Assembly: GCA_049523315.1 (NCBI GenBank)
Contig: JBEKMZ010000001.1
Location: 15,147-79,146, forward strand
Reading direction: 5' to 3'
Length of the DNA: 64,000 nt
From: Acidimicrobiales bacterium
Lineage (GTDB): Bacteria; Actinomycetota; Acidimicrobiia; Acidimicrobiales; Bog-793
The notes under the pieces are model-generated. The model saw nothing but the letters and a program-made list of their open reading frames with translations, searched no databases and was not told the origin of the DNA. Of this stretch, positions 43,802 through 55,400 are shown piece after piece. The position numbers and the translations under genes are program-made. Numbering within the stretch: position 1 is the stretch's first letter; each line of letters begins with the position of its first letter.

Positions 43802-44974
43802 ATGGGTGGCGTCATGCGGTCAAAGCGCGCCTCGGCACGCACTTTCGCCCTCCTCACCGGCGGAGGGACGGCCGGGCACGTGCAGCCGGCGCTCGCCGTC
43901 GGCGAGGCCCTCGTTGCCCGTGGCCACGAGCGCTCCAGCATCGGCTACGTCGGTGCCCGGCGCGGCATGGAGGCCAAGCTCGTGCCCGAGGCGGGCTTCG
44001 AGGTGACGCTACTGCCCGGGCGGGGGATACAGCGCCGGCTCACGGGGGAGAACCTCGGCGCTGTCGCCAGCCTCATTCTCGCCTGTGTGCTCGCCCTCGC
44101 GATCGTGATCCGCCGGCGCCCCCGGGTCGTCGTCACAGTCGGCGGCTATGCCGGGCTCCCGTGCGCCCTCGCCGCGATCGCGCTGCGGGTGCCGGTCGTC
44201 GTCCTCAGCTACGACGCGGTTCCCGGCGCCTCGAACCGCCTCGTGGCGCGCTTTGCCCGCAAGTGCGCGGTCGCCTTCGAGGGGGCTGGCCTCCCGAACC
44301 AGGTCGTGACCGGGGCGCCGCTTCGCACCAGCGTGCTCGCGGTCGATCGCAGCCCAGAAGGCCGCGCGGCGGCCCGCGCTGTCATCGGGGTGGGCGCGGG
44401 TCGGTCCCTTCTCGTCATCGCCGGAGGCTCACTCGGCGCGAGCCGGTTGAACGACGCCGCCCTCGGCCTCGCGAGCAGCTGGGCGTCGCGCGGGGACCTG
44501 TCGATCTACCACGTCGCCGGCGAGCGGAACCTTGCCGCCGTGAGCGCCGAGGCCTCAAGGCTCGGGCTCGTACCACAGGGCGCGCCGGGTACCGGGCTTG
44601 ACTATCGCTTCGTCGGCTTCGAGGCCAACATGCCCGCCCTTCTCGCCGCATGCGACATCGCCGTGTCGAGGGCGGGCGCGTCGACGGTGGCTGAGCTCGC
44701 CGCCATCGGGACCCCGAGCGTCCTCGTCCCGCTGCCCGGTGCACCGCACGACCACCAGACGCGCAACGCCGAGGCGCTCTCGGTGCGGGGGGCCGCGTTG
44801 TTGCTGCTTGACGCCGACTGCGACGCCACCCGTCTCGCGGAGGTCGTCGAGTCCTTGCTCGCCGACCCGGAGCGCCTCGTGGCCATGGGCTCGGCCGCCG
44901 CTGCAGCCGGACACCGGGATGCCGCCGAGAAGATCGCCGCCCTCGTCGAGTCCGTGTCCGAGGGGTGCCGGTGA
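43802..44974 (+). CDS. murG: MurG lipid II GlcNAc transferase
   Basis: GGGTAGHVQPA, GGYAG, GGSLGA, SRAGASTVAE and DHQTRNA. Confidence 0.95.
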   Translation: MGGVMRSKRASARTFALLTGGGTAGHVQPALAVGEALVARGHERSSIGYVGARRGMEAKLVPEAGFEVTLLPGRGIQRRLTGENLGAVASLILACVLALAIVIRRRPRVVVTVGGYAGLPCALAAIALRVPVVVLSYDAVPGASNRLVARFARKCAVAFEGAGLPNQVVTGAPLRTSVLAVDRSPEGRAAARAVIGVGAGRSLLVIAGGSLGASRLNDAALGLASSWASRGDLSIYHVAGERNLAAVSAEASRLGLVPQGAPGTGLDYRFVGFEANMPALLAACDIAVSRAGASTVAELAAIGTPSVLVPLPGAPHDHQTRNAEALSVRGAALLLLDADCDATRLAEVVESLLADPERLVAMGSAAAAAGHRDAAEKIAALVESVSEGCR

Positions 44975-46347
44975 AAGGTCCCCCGCTGGTCGATCTCGCC
45001 AGGCCCCTGCACATTCATGTCGTCGGGGCCGGCGGGGCGGGCATGAGCGCGATCGCAGCCGTGCTCGCGGCCATGGGCCATCGCGTCACCGGCAGCGACA
45101 TCAAGGCTTCGGGATCGGTCGAGCGTCTCGAGGCGCGCGGGATCGAGGTCGCGATCGGGCACCGGGCCGAGAACATCACCGGGGCGGACGTGCTGACCTA
45201 CTCGAGTGCCATACCTGAGCGCAACGTCGAGATAGCCGAGGCCCGCAGCCTGAAGATCCCCGTGCTGGCGCGCGCAGAGATACTGGAGGCAATCGTGGCC
45301 CTGCGCCGGACGATCGCCGTCGCCGGCACGCACGGTAAGACGACGACCTCGTCGATGCTGTCCTTGGTGCTGGCAGAGGCCGGGCTCCACCCGAGCTTCA
45401 TCATCGGTGGCGAGGTCAACGAGATCGGGACGAACGCGACCTGGGACAACGGTGAGCTGCTAGTGGTCGAGGCCGACGAGAGCGACGGGACCTTCCTGCA
45501 CCTGTCGCCTGAGCTGGGCATCGTGACCAGCGTCGAACCGGACCACATAGAGCACTACGGCTCCTTTGAGGCACTGAAAGAGGCGTTCGGGACCTTCTTC
45601 GGACACCTCGGCGTCGCCGTCGTGTGCGCAGACGACCCTGTCGCGTCGTCGTTGGCCCCGCCGAGCGCGGTGACATACGGCACCGCCGACGGCGCGCGGG
45701 TGCACATCGAGGGGGTCGAGTCCGGGCGCAACCACCTCCGTTTCGAGCTCTCGCACGACGCCGAGAACCTCGGGAGCTTCGAGCTGCCCGTGCCGGGCAT
45801 CCACAACGCCCGCAATGCCGCCGCGACGGTCGCAGCCTGCATCTGCCTCGGGATCGACACCGAGCACGCCCGCCGGGCCCTTGCGCGATTCGCCGGGGTC
45901 GCGAGGCGTTTCGAGTTTCGCGGCGAGGCCGGCGGGGTCACTTTCGTCGACGACTACGCGCACCTGCCCGGGGAGGTGCGCGTAGTCGTCGGTGCCGCCC
46001 GAGGGGGCGGCTTCGAGCGCATCATCTGTGTCTTCCAGCCGCACCGCTACTCGCGGGTGGCAACTCTCGCCCATGACTTCGCGGACGCCTTCGAGGGGGC
46101 AGACATCGTCGCGGTGACCGACGTCTACCCCGCGGGCGAGACTCCGCGTCCGGGCGTCTCGGGCAAGTTGGTGCTCGACGCGATCGTTCGCGCCCATCCC
46201 GGCGCCCGGGCGGTGTACGTGCCCAACCGCGACGATCTCGTCACGTACTTGCGCGCGATCCTGCGACCGGGCGACCTGTGCCTCACTCTCGCCGCCGGCG
46301 ATCTCACCAACCTCGCCGCCGAGCTCGGCGCGGCCGCGCGCTCGTGA
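44971..46347 (+). CDS. murC: UDP-N-acetylmuramate--L-alanine ligase
   Basis: VGAGGAGMSAIA, VAGTHGKTTT, EADESDG, VDDYAHLP and FQPHRYSR. Confidence 0.95.
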   Translation: MKGPPLVDLARPLHIHVVGAGGAGMSAIAAVLAAMGHRVTGSDIKASGSVERLEARGIEVAIGHRAENITGADVLTYSSAIPERNVEIAEARSLKIPVLARAEILEAIVALRRTIAVAGTHGKTTTSSMLSLVLAEAGLHPSFIIGGEVNEIGTNATWDNGELLVVEADESDGTFLHLSPELGIVTSVEPDHIEHYGSFEALKEAFGTFFGHLGVAVVCADDPVASSLAPPSAVTYGTADGARVHIEGVESGRNHLRFELSHDAENLGSFELPVPGIHNARNAAATVAACICLGIDTEHARRALARFAGVARRFEFRGEAGGVTFVDDYAHLPGEVRVVVGAARGGGFERIICVFQPHRYSRVATLAHDFADAFEGADIVAVTDVYPAGETPRPGVSGKLVLDAIVRAHPGARAVYVPNRDDLVTYLRAILRPGDLCLTLAAGDLTNLAAELGAAARS

Positions 46348-47279
46348 GCGCCGTCGCAGCCTCGGAGCGGGCCGCCGCGATCGAGCGTGCCGCCGAGGCC
46401 CTGGGCCCGGCCGTCGAACGCGACCGGCCGATCGGCGAACTCACCACCTATCGGGTCGGCGGGGCCGCTGCGCTTTACTGCGAGCCGGCCAGCGTCGCCG
46501 AGCTCGAGCGGGTCGCCGAGGTCGTCGGCGCGACCGGGCTCGAGGTCCTCGTGCTCGGCAAGGGCTCGAACGTCCTTGTCGCGGACGCCGGGTTCGCGGG
46601 GCTGTGCGTGAGGCTCTCCGACAGCTTCGCCGCCGTCGAGATCGACGCCGAGGTAGTGCGCGCTGGCGGTGCCACGGCCTACCCGGTGCTGGCGCGCCGG
46701 ACGGCGGCAGCCGGCCTCACCGGCCTTGAGTGGGCCGTCGGCGTGCCGGGCTCAGTCGGGGGGGCGGTACGCATGAACGCCGGCGGCCACGGCGCCGAGA
46801 CGTCGGACCGCCTCGTGTCCTGCCGTGTCGTCGACCTGCGGGGAGGACGCGAGCGCCCCATGGGCGCGGACGCGCTCGAGTTTTCGTACAGGCACTCGTC
46901 GATCTCGCCCTACGAGGTCGTGACCGAGGCCTCCTACCGGCTCGAGCGTGGGGATGCCACCGAATCGGCCGCCCGCATCGCCGAGATTGTGCGCTGGCGG
47001 CGCGAGCACCAGCCCGGCGGCCAGAACGCCGGCTCGGTGTTCACCAACCCGCCCGGGGACGCCGCGGGTCGCCTGGTCGAGGCGGCCGGTCTGAAAGGGT
47101 TCCGCATCGGCTCGGCGGCGGTGTCGGACAAGCACGCCAATTTCATCCAGGCCGATCCCGCCGGTTCGGCTGACGACGTTGAGCGCTTGATCACCTTCGT
47201 GCGGACGCGTGTCGCCGAGCAGCTCGGTGTCGAGCTTTGCACCGAGCTCCGCCTGATCGGATTCGAGGAGGGGCCATGA
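46344..47279 (+). CDS. murB: UDP-N-acetylenolpyruvoylglucosamine reductase
   Basis: [42 protein letters not shown] and SDKHANF. Confidence 0.95.
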   Translation: MSAVAASERAAAIERAAEALGPAVERDRPIGELTTYRVGGAAALYCEPASVAELERVAEVVGATGLEVLVLGKGSNVLVADAGFAGLCVRLSDSFAAVEIDAEVVRAGGATAYPVLARRTAAAGLTGLEWAVGVPGSVGGAVRMNAGGHGAETSDRLVSCRVVDLRGGRERPMGADALEFSYRHSSISPYEVVTEASYRLERGDATESAARIAEIVRWRREHQPGGQNAGSVFTNPPGDAAGRLVEAAGLKGFRIGSAAVSDKHANFIQADPAGSADDVERLITFVRTRVAEQLGVELCTELRLIGFEEGP

Positions 47280-48064
47280 CCGATCCAAGGATTCAAGCAA
47301 GGCGCGTGCGGGTCGAACGCCAACGCGGCCACCGCCGCCTCGGCGTGCTAACGGCCGTGCTCGCCGCGGCCGGGCTTTCGGTGGGCGCCGTCGCCATCTT
47401 GCACTCGAGGCTCTTCGCGGCGCGAAATGTCGTGATCGCCGGCGCCGTCCACACCCCGCGCGCCGAGATCCTCGCCGCGAGCGGCCTTCACCGTGAGCCC
47501 CCGCTCATCGACGTCAACCTGGGGTCGATCACAAGGCGCCTCGACCGCTTGCCCTGGGTACTCACAGCCTCGGTGCACGTGGAGTGGCCCTCTACAGTTG
47601 CCGTCGCCATCGACGAGCGGGTGCCGGTCGCGGCGAGCCGGCTCGGCGCCGCCCGTTACGCGGTGTTCGACTCGACCGGCCGCGTGCTCGCCGACGAGAG
47701 GAGCCGGCCCGCAGGGTTGCCCCTCGTCTCGCTGCCGGGTGCCTCCTCGCCCCCCGGGGACACGCTCGGCGCCCAGGCGAGGCTCCTGCTCGCGGCGGCG
47801 GCGCAACTTCCTGTCTCGCTCTTGCCCCGCGTACAGGAGATGGTCTTGTCGGCTCCCGACGGCGTCGTGCTGCGACTCGGGGGCGGCCTGAGCGCTGTCG
47901 TGGGCGACGACGAGGCCCTCGCAGAAAAGTTCGTCTCGCTCGCGACCGTCCTTCAGAGGGTCGATCTGACCGGCGTCGGCGGGATCGACTTGAGGGTTGC
48001 AAGCTCCCCGGTCTTGACCCCCCTGGTCAGCCCCTCTAACGTTCAGGGGAAGGGTGATGGCTGA
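47276..48064 (+). CDS. ftsQ: Cell division protein FtsQ/DivIB
   Basis: TM helix, POTRA region (LDRLPWV...WPSTV...ERVPVA) and IDLR near the C-terminus. Confidence 0.85.
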   Translation: MTDPRIQARRVRVERQRGHRRLGVLTAVLAAAGLSVGAVAILHSRLFAARNVVIAGAVHTPRAEILAASGLHREPPLIDVNLGSITRRLDRLPWVLTASVHVEWPSTVAVAIDERVPVAASRLGAARYAVFDSTGRVLADERSRPAGLPLVSLPGASSPPGDTLGAQARLLLAAAAQLPVSLLPRVQEMVLSAPDGVVLRLGGGLSAVVGDDEALAEKFVSLATVLQRVDLTGVGGIDLRVASSPVLTPLVSPSNVQGKGDG

Positions 48065-48172
48065 GATCGCCCGCGACGAGATCGGTGCTGAGGGGTGATC
48101 GAGGTCGCCGGGGTGGTTCGCGTAGCCAACCAGCGGTAACCCCACTGGGACTCAGGAGAGGATGGAGCGCGG

Positions 48173-49327
48173 ATGAGCACGCCAGGCCAGAGCTTCATCG
48201 CCGTGATCAAGGTGGTGGGTGTCGGGGGAGCAGGGGTCAATGCCGTCAATCGCATGATCGACGCGGGCCTGCAGGGGGTCGAGTTCGTGGCTGTCAACAC
48301 CGACGCCCAGGCCCTGTTGATGAGCGAGGCGGACATAAAGCTCGACATCGGGCGCACCTTGACCCGCGGGCTCGGAGCAGGAAGTGACCCTGAGATCGGC
48401 CGCATGGCTGCCGAGGAGCACCTCGAGGAGATCGAGGAGGTCCTAAAGGGCGCCGACATGGTCTTCATCACTGCCGGCAAGGGCGGCGGCACCGGCACCG
48501 GTGCGGCCCCTGTCATCGCCGAGACGGCCAAGGGCCTCGGCGCCCTCACCATTGGCGTCGTGACACGGCCGTTCGCGTTCGAGGGCCGGCGTCGGTCGAA
48601 CCAGGCCGAGGAGGGCATCCAGCGCCTGCGTGAGAAGGTCGACACCCTCATCGTCATCCCGAACGAGCGCCTGCTGTCGATCTCCAACGAGCGGACCTCG
48701 ATGGTCGAGGCCTTCTCGATGGCAGACGAGGTGCTGCTGCACGGCGTCTCGGGGATCACCGACCTCATCAACGTCCCCGGCCTCATCAACACTGACTTTG
48801 CGGACGTGAAGATGGTCATGAGCAACGCCGGCTCGGCGATCATGGGGATCGGGACCGGCTCGGGCGAGGGACGCGCCGTCAACGCGGCGCGTCACGCCAT
48901 CACGAGCCCCCTTCTGGAGGCCTCGATCGAGGGGGCGAGAGGGATCCTGCTCAACATCGCCGGGGGCAGTGACCTCACCTTGTTTGAGGTGAACGAGGCC
49001 GCCGCCATCATCCACGACGTGGCCCATCCCGACGCCAACATCATCTTCGGCAACGTCATCGACGACGCCCTCGGCGACACAGTGCGCGTGACGGTCATCG
49101 CGGCCGGCTTCGACCAATACGAGGGCTCGCAATCGGCCGGGTCCGCACGCATGGCACCCGACACCCCCGCCAAGGGCGCCCCGCGTCCCGAGACCGCCGA
49201 GAGCGGGCAGAGCGACCTCGTCGTGCCCCGCCGGAGCGGCTCGCGCGGACGGGACGTCTTCGACGTCGGTGGCGACGACGAGCTCGACCTAGACGACGAC
49301 TTCGACGTCCCCTCCTTTCTCCGCTAG
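48173..49327 (+). CDS. ftsZ: Cell division protein FtsZ
   Basis: [44 protein letters not shown] and the C-terminal DVPSFLR peptide. Confidence 0.98.
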   Translation: MSTPGQSFIAVIKVVGVGGAGVNAVNRMIDAGLQGVEFVAVNTDAQALLMSEADIKLDIGRTLTRGLGAGSDPEIGRMAAEEHLEEIEEVLKGADMVFITAGKGGGTGTGAAPVIAETAKGLGALTIGVVTRPFAFEGRRRSNQAEEGIQRLREKVDTLIVIPNERLLSISNERTSMVEAFSMADEVLLHGVSGITDLINVPGLINTDFADVKMVMSNAGSAIMGIGTGSGEGRAVNAARHAITSPLLEASIEGARGILLNIAGGSDLTLFEVNEAAAIIHDVAHPDANIIFGNVIDDALGDTVRVTVIAAGFDQYEGSQSAGSARMAPDTPAKGAPRPETAESGQSDLVVPRRSGSRGRDVFDVGGDDELDLDDDFDVPSFLR

Positions 49328-49361
49328 GGCGATCGAGATCGCGGGCACGCCCGCGATCGTC

Positions 49362-50006
49362 GTGCTGAGCGGTGCTGACGACGGTGACGTGGGACTGCGC
49401 GCGGGCGCTCCGGCCGAGCTGTTAGCGGTCCGCCGCAGCTCGCTCGTACCGGGTCGTTGGCGCTGGCTCAGCCAGTGCCACGGCAACGGTGTCGTGGTGC
49501 TGGGGCCCACAGAGACCTGCGAGGGGCGCGAGGCGGACGCTCTCGTGAGCACGATGCCGGGCGAGCCGCTCGCTGTCTTCTCCGCCGACTGTGCCGTCGT
49601 CGGCCTCGCGAGTCCGCAAGGGGTGGTCGCGGCCGTGCACGCGGGCTGGCGCGGCCTGCTCGCAGGGGTCGTGGAGAGCGCGGTCACGGCCATGGGATCG
49701 TTGGGGGCGACTGACATCGCCGCCGTTCTCGGCGCCTGCATCGGCCCGGAGTGCTATGAGTTCGGGGCCGGCGAGCTCGCCGGCATCGAGTCCCGCTACG
49801 GGCCTACGGTCGTCGCGCAGAGCGCGTCGGGGCATCTCGCGTTGGACCTTCGTGCCGGGGTGCACAGGGCGCTCGGATCTGCCGGTGTGCGGGTGGCGAG
49901 CGAGTGTGAGAGCTGCACCGCCTGCGAGCCGGGATGGTTCTCGTGGCGCGCCCGCAAGGACATGGGCCGCCAGGCCCTCGTCGTGGCGCCGGCGCCGGCG
50001 CCGTGA
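49362..50006 (+). CDS. pgeF: YfiH/PgeF laccase-domain protein (start uncertain)
   Basis: QCHG, ADCAVV, VHAGWRG, IGPECYE and CTAC...FSWR; directly after ftsZ. Confidence 0.85.
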   Translation: MLSGADDGDVGLRAGAPAELLAVRRSSLVPGRWRWLSQCHGNGVVVLGPTETCEGREADALVSTMPGEPLAVFSADCAVVGLASPQGVVAAVHAGWRGLLAGVVESAVTAMGSLGATDIAAVLGACIGPECYEFGAGELAGIESRYGPTVVAQSASGHLALDLRAGVHRALGSAGVRVASECESCTACEPGWFSWRARKDMGRQALVVAPAPAP

Positions 50007-50689
50007 GCGCGCTCGTTGAGGAGATAGCCGCCCGAGCCGAGATTGCGCGCGACCGGATCGCGAGAGCCGGGGGCGATCCGAGCCTCGTCCGGATCGTGGC
50101 CGTGACGAAGGGCTTCGGGCCCGAGGTCCTTTCTGCCGCGTTCGCGGCCGGATTCAGTGACTTCGGCGAGAACTACGCCAGCGAGCTCGTGGAGAAGTGG
50201 GCTACCGTCGCCCGGGCGGCGCGCTGGCACTTCCTGGGTGCCGTGCAGCGCAACAAGATCGGCCGGCTCGCCCCCTATGTCGACTGCTGGCAGTGCGTGG
50301 CGAGGGTCCTCGAGGGCGAGGCGATCATGCGCCACCGGGCCGAGGACGCGAGGGCCGGCCTGGAGTCTGCCTCGATGCTGGTGGAGGTCGAGACGACCGG
50401 AATCGCCGGTCGTGGCGGCTGTCGCCCGGACGAGGTCAAAGCGGTCGTCGAGGGATTGCTCGAGCACGGCTGTCGCGTGGAGGGCCTCATGACCGTGGCT
50501 CCTCCTGGCGACCCCGAACGGGCGCGGGCGGCTTTCGAACGGGTGGCGCGGCTTCGCGACGAGCTCGGTCTGAAGGAGCTTTCGATGGGCATGTCGGAAG
50601 ATCTCGAGCAGGCCGTCGCCGCTGGCGCGACGATGGTTCGCCTCGGGACCTCCCTGTTCGGTCCTCGCCCGCAACGTCGCAGGCTGTAA
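50003..50689 (+). CDS. yggS: PLP homeostasis protein (YggS family)
   Basis: VAVTK, FGENY, WHFLGAVQRNK, GLMT and LSMGMSEDLEQAV..GATMVRLGT. Confidence 0.92.
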   Translation: MSALVEEIAARAEIARDRIARAGGDPSLVRIVAVTKGFGPEVLSAAFAAGFSDFGENYASELVEKWATVARAARWHFLGAVQRNKIGRLAPYVDCWQCVARVLEGEAIMRHRAEDARAGLESASMLVEVETTGIAGRGGCRPDEVKAVVEGLLEHGCRVEGLMTVAPPGDPERARAAFERVARLRDELGLKELSMGMSEDLEQAVAAGATMVRLGTSLFGPRPQRRRL

Positions 50690-50717
50690 CAATAGGGTTC
50701 TCGGAGGAGGGCTGGAG

Positions 50718-51242
50718 ATGGCTTCGTTTGTGCAGAGAGCACTGATGTACCTCGGTTTGAAAGACATCGACGACGAGGAGGACTACGACGCTGATGAGGA
50801 GGAGGCCATGGAGCCTGCTCCGAGCCGCGTCCGCCAGAGCACATACCCCGAGCCTGTGCCGCAGCGGGCGACGGTCGCCACCGTCCGCCCGCTCGCCCGC
50901 GATGATGCCTCGGTGCAGACCCCAGTCGCCCGGGGCGCGGTCGTGCGCCCGTTCGTGACCCAACGCCACTCAAAGCCCCAGGTCGTGGCCCCGGCACGCT
51001 TCTCGGACGCGCAGGAGATCGGCGACATGGTCAAGGCGAGCATGCCGGTCATCGTCAATCTCCAGGCGAGCGAGAAGGATCTGGCGAGACGCATGATCGA
51101 CTTCTGCTCGGGGCTCACCTACGCCGTCGGGGGGTCGATGGAAAAAGTCGCCGAATCGGTGTTCCTGCTGACGCCCTCCAATGTCGAGGTCTCCCCCGAG
51201 GAGCGCCAGCGCCTGCAAGAGAACGGGTTGTTCCGGTCCTAG
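50718..51242 (+). CDS. sepF: Cell division protein SepF
   Basis: RALMYLGL amphipathic N-terminus, FSDAQEIG, RRMIDFCSGL and FLLTPSNV. GGAGGAGG ribosome-binding site. Confidence 0.95.
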   Translation: MASFVQRALMYLGLKDIDDEEDYDADEEEAMEPAPSRVRQSTYPEPVPQRATVATVRPLARDDASVQTPVARGAVVRPFVTQRHSKPQVVAPARFSDAQEIGDMVKASMPVIVNLQASEKDLARRMIDFCSGLTYAVGGSMEKVAESVFLLTPSNVEVSPEERQRLQENGLFRS

Positions 51243-51294
51243 ACGACCCGATCCCGAGGCCTAGGCGCGGTCCCACAAATGGGGGCGCCGCGAA

Positions 51295-51543
51295 TTGATC
51301 TACGTCGTCGACATCCTCAACCTGTTCCTGTTCATCCTGGTCGTGCGGGTCGTGCTCTCCTATGTCCCGACCCAGCCCGGTTCGGCGCTCATGCCGGTGA
51401 AGCGCTTTTTCGAGGCGATCACCGAGCCCGTGCTGCGACCGGTGCGCCGCGTCGTGCCGCCGCTTCGCGTCGGTGGGGGGGCGATGGACCTCTCGCCCAT
51501 CATCGTGTGGGTCGCGATCTTGATCATCAGCCGGCTCCTCTAG
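51295..51543 (+). CDS. yggT: YggT family membrane protein
   Basis: ILVVRVVLSY...ITEPVLRPVRRVVPP...DLSPII. Confidence 0.9.
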   Translation: MIYVVDILNLFLFILVVRVVLSYVPTQPGSALMPVKRFFEAITEPVLRPVRRVVPPLRVGGGAMDLSPIIVWVAILIISRLL

Positions 51544-51594
51544 ACGCGGGCGGTATCCACCCACTTCCGGGGAACGCCCGATACCATCCAGAAC

Positions 51595-52455
51595 ATGGAT
51601 CTTTCCGCCAAAGTCCTGCGAGAGGTTGAGTTTCGTGACCGCCTTCGCGGTTACGACACCGACGAGGTCGACGAGTTCCTCGAGAAGGTTGCGGTCGCCG
51701 TCGAAGAGCTGCAGGAGAAGATGCGTCAGCTTGTCTATCGCGCCGAGCGCGCCGAGCGATCGATCTCCGAGCGCGGGGTCGACGCCGACGACGACACGAT
51801 CCGTCGGACCCTCGTGCTCGCCCAGCGCACGGCCGACATGGCCGTCCGTGAGGCACAAGAGCAGGCCGCCGTTTTGATGGACGGTGCCCGGAATGAGTCC
51901 GAGAAGCTGCTCGGCGAGGCGCGCGAGAGCGCGAAGCGGCTCCAGGCTGACGCCGAGCGTCGCCACTCGGACGACATCGCGCGGCTCGAACGCCAGCGGG
52001 ACAAGGTCCGCGACGAGCTCAAGGAGCTCTCCGAGCTTCTCGACTCGGAGCGCAAGCGGCTCGCCGAGTCACTGCGCGCGGCGCTGCGTTTTGTCGAGCG
52101 GACGCTGCCGGGCTCGGGTGAGATCTCCTCGATTCACCCCACGTCACCGCCGAGCGAAACTCGGGCGCTCGATGAGCAGATCGAGGCTCAGATAAACGAA
52201 GATGCCGAGACGGCGGCTCCGTCGTTGATGCCGGCCGAGGTTGGCACCGACGCCGAGGCCGGTGACGCCGGCGCTGAGGAGGCGCGAGCGAGCCTCGCCG
52301 CCGTTCCACCCCTCGAGGACTCCGGGCCGCCCACCCAGGCCTGGCAGGCCGAGCCCATGACCATCTTCAGCGAGGGCGGCGACAAGATCGGCGGAGTGGC
52401 GATCGACCCGGGCGCCCGCCAGTTCGGCGCCGCCGGGCCTGACTGGATCGCCTGA
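51595..52455 (+). CDS. divIVA: DivIVA/Wag31 domain protein
   Basis: F..RLRGYDTDEVDEFL, IRRTLVLAQRTAD, coiled coils and an acidic C-terminal tail. TACCAT lies 7 nt before the ATG. Confidence 0.92.
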   Translation: MDLSAKVLREVEFRDRLRGYDTDEVDEFLEKVAVAVEELQEKMRQLVYRAERAERSISERGVDADDDTIRRTLVLAQRTADMAVREAQEQAAVLMDGARNESEKLLGEARESAKRLQADAERRHSDDIARLERQRDKVRDELKELSELLDSERKRLAESLRAALRFVERTLPGSGEISSIHPTSPPSETRALDEQIEAQINEDAETAAPSLMPAEVGTDAEAGDAGAEEARASLAAVPPLEDSGPPTQAWQAEPMTIFSEGGDKIGGVAIDPGARQFGAAGPDWIA

Positions 52456-52474
52456 GCCGACCTACCGGTCCGCG

Positions 52475-55400
52475 TCAGGAGCGCTTGATGCGGATGACGA
52501 TGACGCTGCGGTCCGACAGCTCGCCCACGGCGGTGAAGGCTTCGTCGTCCTTGGCGGCACCCTCGTCGCCCCCTTCGTAGGGCTCGATCTCGATCTCGAC
52601 GGCGAGCACCTGGGCGGCGATGTGGCGTGCCCATTGTGAAATGACCGGCACCGAAGCCGCCGGGACACCGATCCACAGCCGGATGCGGTCCGTGACCTGC
52701 AGCCCGGCGTCGCGCCGGGCCCGTTGCACGAGACGGATGACGTCGCGTGCTGTGCCCTCGGCCTCGAGCTCGGGGGTCGTCTCGAGATCGAGGGCGACGA
52801 TTCCGACCTCCCCGGGAAGTGACCGGCACGACTCCGGCAGAGAGGGCCGCAGGCGCAGGTCGAACTCGCCCGGCAGAAGGCCGATGCCGCCGACTTGCAA
52901 CGTCCCGTCGGAAAGCCGCGACCAGTCGCCCTTGCGGGCGGCCGCTATGACCTGCTGGGTGCGTGGCCCGAGGCGGGGGCCGAGGGCGGCGGGGATCACG
53001 TTGAGCACCTTCTCGGCGAGCTCGCCCACGGTGTCTAGGAGCTTGACCTGGCGCACGTTCACCTCGTCTGCGATGAGGTCCGCGTAGGGCAGGAGGCGGC
53101 TCGCGCCGGGGGAGGCCACCGTCAAGGACAACAGGGGCAGGCGGGCCCGGCGCCCGGCCGCCTTGCGGATCGAATGGCCGGCCGAGCAGACCTCCCGGGC
53201 GAGATCCATCGCGTCGACGAGCTCGGGGTCCGCCGGCAGCTCCTCCGCGGCGGGCCAGGGGCGGAGATGGACGCTGCGCTCGCCCGTGAGGCCCCGGTAG
53301 ACGGCCTCGCAGAGGAACGGGAGGAAGGGCGCCGCCACCCGGGTGAGCACCTCTAGGACGGTGTGCAAGGTGTCGTAGGCGTCCTGCTTGTCATCGGGCG
53401 CGGACGCGCCCGCGATCTCGCCCGGAATGCCGCCGGCGCCGACGGGGCGCCAGAAGCGGTCGCGGCTGCGGCGCACGTACCAGTTCGTGAGGGCGTCGAG
53501 GAAGGCCGAGATGTACCCGCACGCGCCTGCGAGGTCGTAGAGGTCCATCGAGGCCGTGGCGTCCTCGACGAGGCGCCGCGTCTTGGCGAGGATGTAGCGG
53601 TCGAGCACACCGGCCTGGTCGGTGCGGACGCGCCCGGAGAGCCCGTCGGCGTTCGCGTACAGGGAGAGGAAGTACCAGCTGTTCCAGATCGGGTTGCAGA
53701 CGAGCCGCAGCGGCTCGGCGAGCCCCTTCTCCTCGATGACGACGTCGAGGCCGCGAAGCACAGGCGAGCTGAGAAGGTACCAGCGCATCGCGTCGGCCCC
53801 GTAGGCGGCGAAGACCTCTTCGGGGTCGGGGAAGTTCCGAAGCCTCTTGGAGAGCTTGCGGCCATCGTCTCCGAGCACGATCCCGTGCGCGATGCAGGTC
53901 TTGAACGGGGGCCGGTCGAAAAGCGCGGTCGCGAGCACGTGCAGGGTGTAAAACCATCCCCGGGTTTGGCCCACGTACTCGACGATGAAGTCGGCCGGGA
54001 AGTGCTGCTCGAAACGCTTGGCGTGCTCGAAGGGGTAGTGGAGCTGGGCAAAGGGCATCGAGCCCGAGTCGAACCAGCAGTCGAGGACATCGGGGATGCG
54101 GCGCATCACCGAAGAGCCGGTCGGGTCGTCCGGGTTCGGCCGGGTAAGCTCGTCGATGGCGGGCCGGTGCAGGTCGTCGGGGCGCACCTTGAAGTCGGCC
54201 TCGAGCTCGTCGAGGCTGCCGTAGACGTCGACGCGCGGGTAGGCGGGGTCGTCGCTCTTCCAGACCGGGATGGGCGTGCCCCAAAAGCGGTTCCGGCTTA
54301 TCGACCAGTCCCGCGCCCCTTCGAGCCATTTGCCGAAGGCGCCGTCGCGGACGTGCTCGGGCACCCAGGTGATCTGCTGGTTGAGCTCGACCATGCGGTC
54401 CTTAAAGGCCGTGACGGCCACGAACCAAGAGCTCATCGCCCGGTAGATCAGCGGCGTGTCGGTTCGCCAGCAGTGCGGGTAGCTGTGGGTGTACTCCTCG
54501 GCCCGCACGAGCGCCCCCGCGCTCTTGAGCTTTTGGACGATCAGGGCGTTGGCCTCGAACACCTGCACGCCGGCGAGATCGGCGACTTCGCCGGTGAAGC
54601 ACGCCCGGTCGTCGACCGGGCAGATGACCGCGATCCCGGCCGCCTCGCAGGCGCGCTGGTCGTCCTCGCCGAAGCCGGGCGCCATCTGGACGATCCCGGT
54701 GCCCTCGTCCAGGGCGACGAAGTCCTCGCCGAGTACGACAAAGGCGCCCGGGGTGGCGGCGAAATAGTCGAACAAGGGCAAAAAGCGCCGCCCGACGAGG
54801 TCGGCCCCTCTCACTGTACCTAGGACCTCGGCGCCTGCCAGCGTCTCCGAGTAGGCCTCGAGGCAGGCCTCGCCGACCACGACCCGCCGCCCACCTAGGG
54901 CCAGCACGCTATAGACGAGCTCGGGCCCGACGGCAAGGGCGAGGTTCGAGGGCAGCGTCCACGGCGTCGTCGTCCAGGCGAGAAGGCCGAGCGCGCCACG
55001 CAGCAGCTCGGGTCCTTCATCTGTCGGCTCGAGGTCGAAGCGGACCGTGACGGCCGGGTCGGTCCGGTCGCGATAAGAGTCGTCCTGGCGGGTCTCGAAG
55101 TTCGACAGCGGTGTCTCGCACTCCCAGCAGTAGGGCAGGACCCGGAAGCCCTCGTAGGTGAGGCCCTTGTCATGCAGGCGCTTGAAGGCCCAGATGACGC
55201 TCTCCATGTAGGAGAGGTCCATGGTCCTGTAGTCGTCCTCGAAGTCCACCCAGCGTGCCTGGCGTGTCACGTAACGCTCCCAGGCATCGGTCGTCCGCTG
55301 CACGAGCCGGCGGCAGTACGCGTTGAAGTCGCCGATCCCAGACGCGATGACGGCCTGGCGCCCCGATAGCCCGAGCTCTTGCTCGGCCGCCATCTCCGCG

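Noticed and set aside
49328-49362. Frameshift or fusion between ftsZ and pgeF
   Set aside because: ftsZ ends normally at DVPSFLR*. The pgeF frame is open upstream without a canonical start, so only the start site is uncertain and there is no evidence of recoding.
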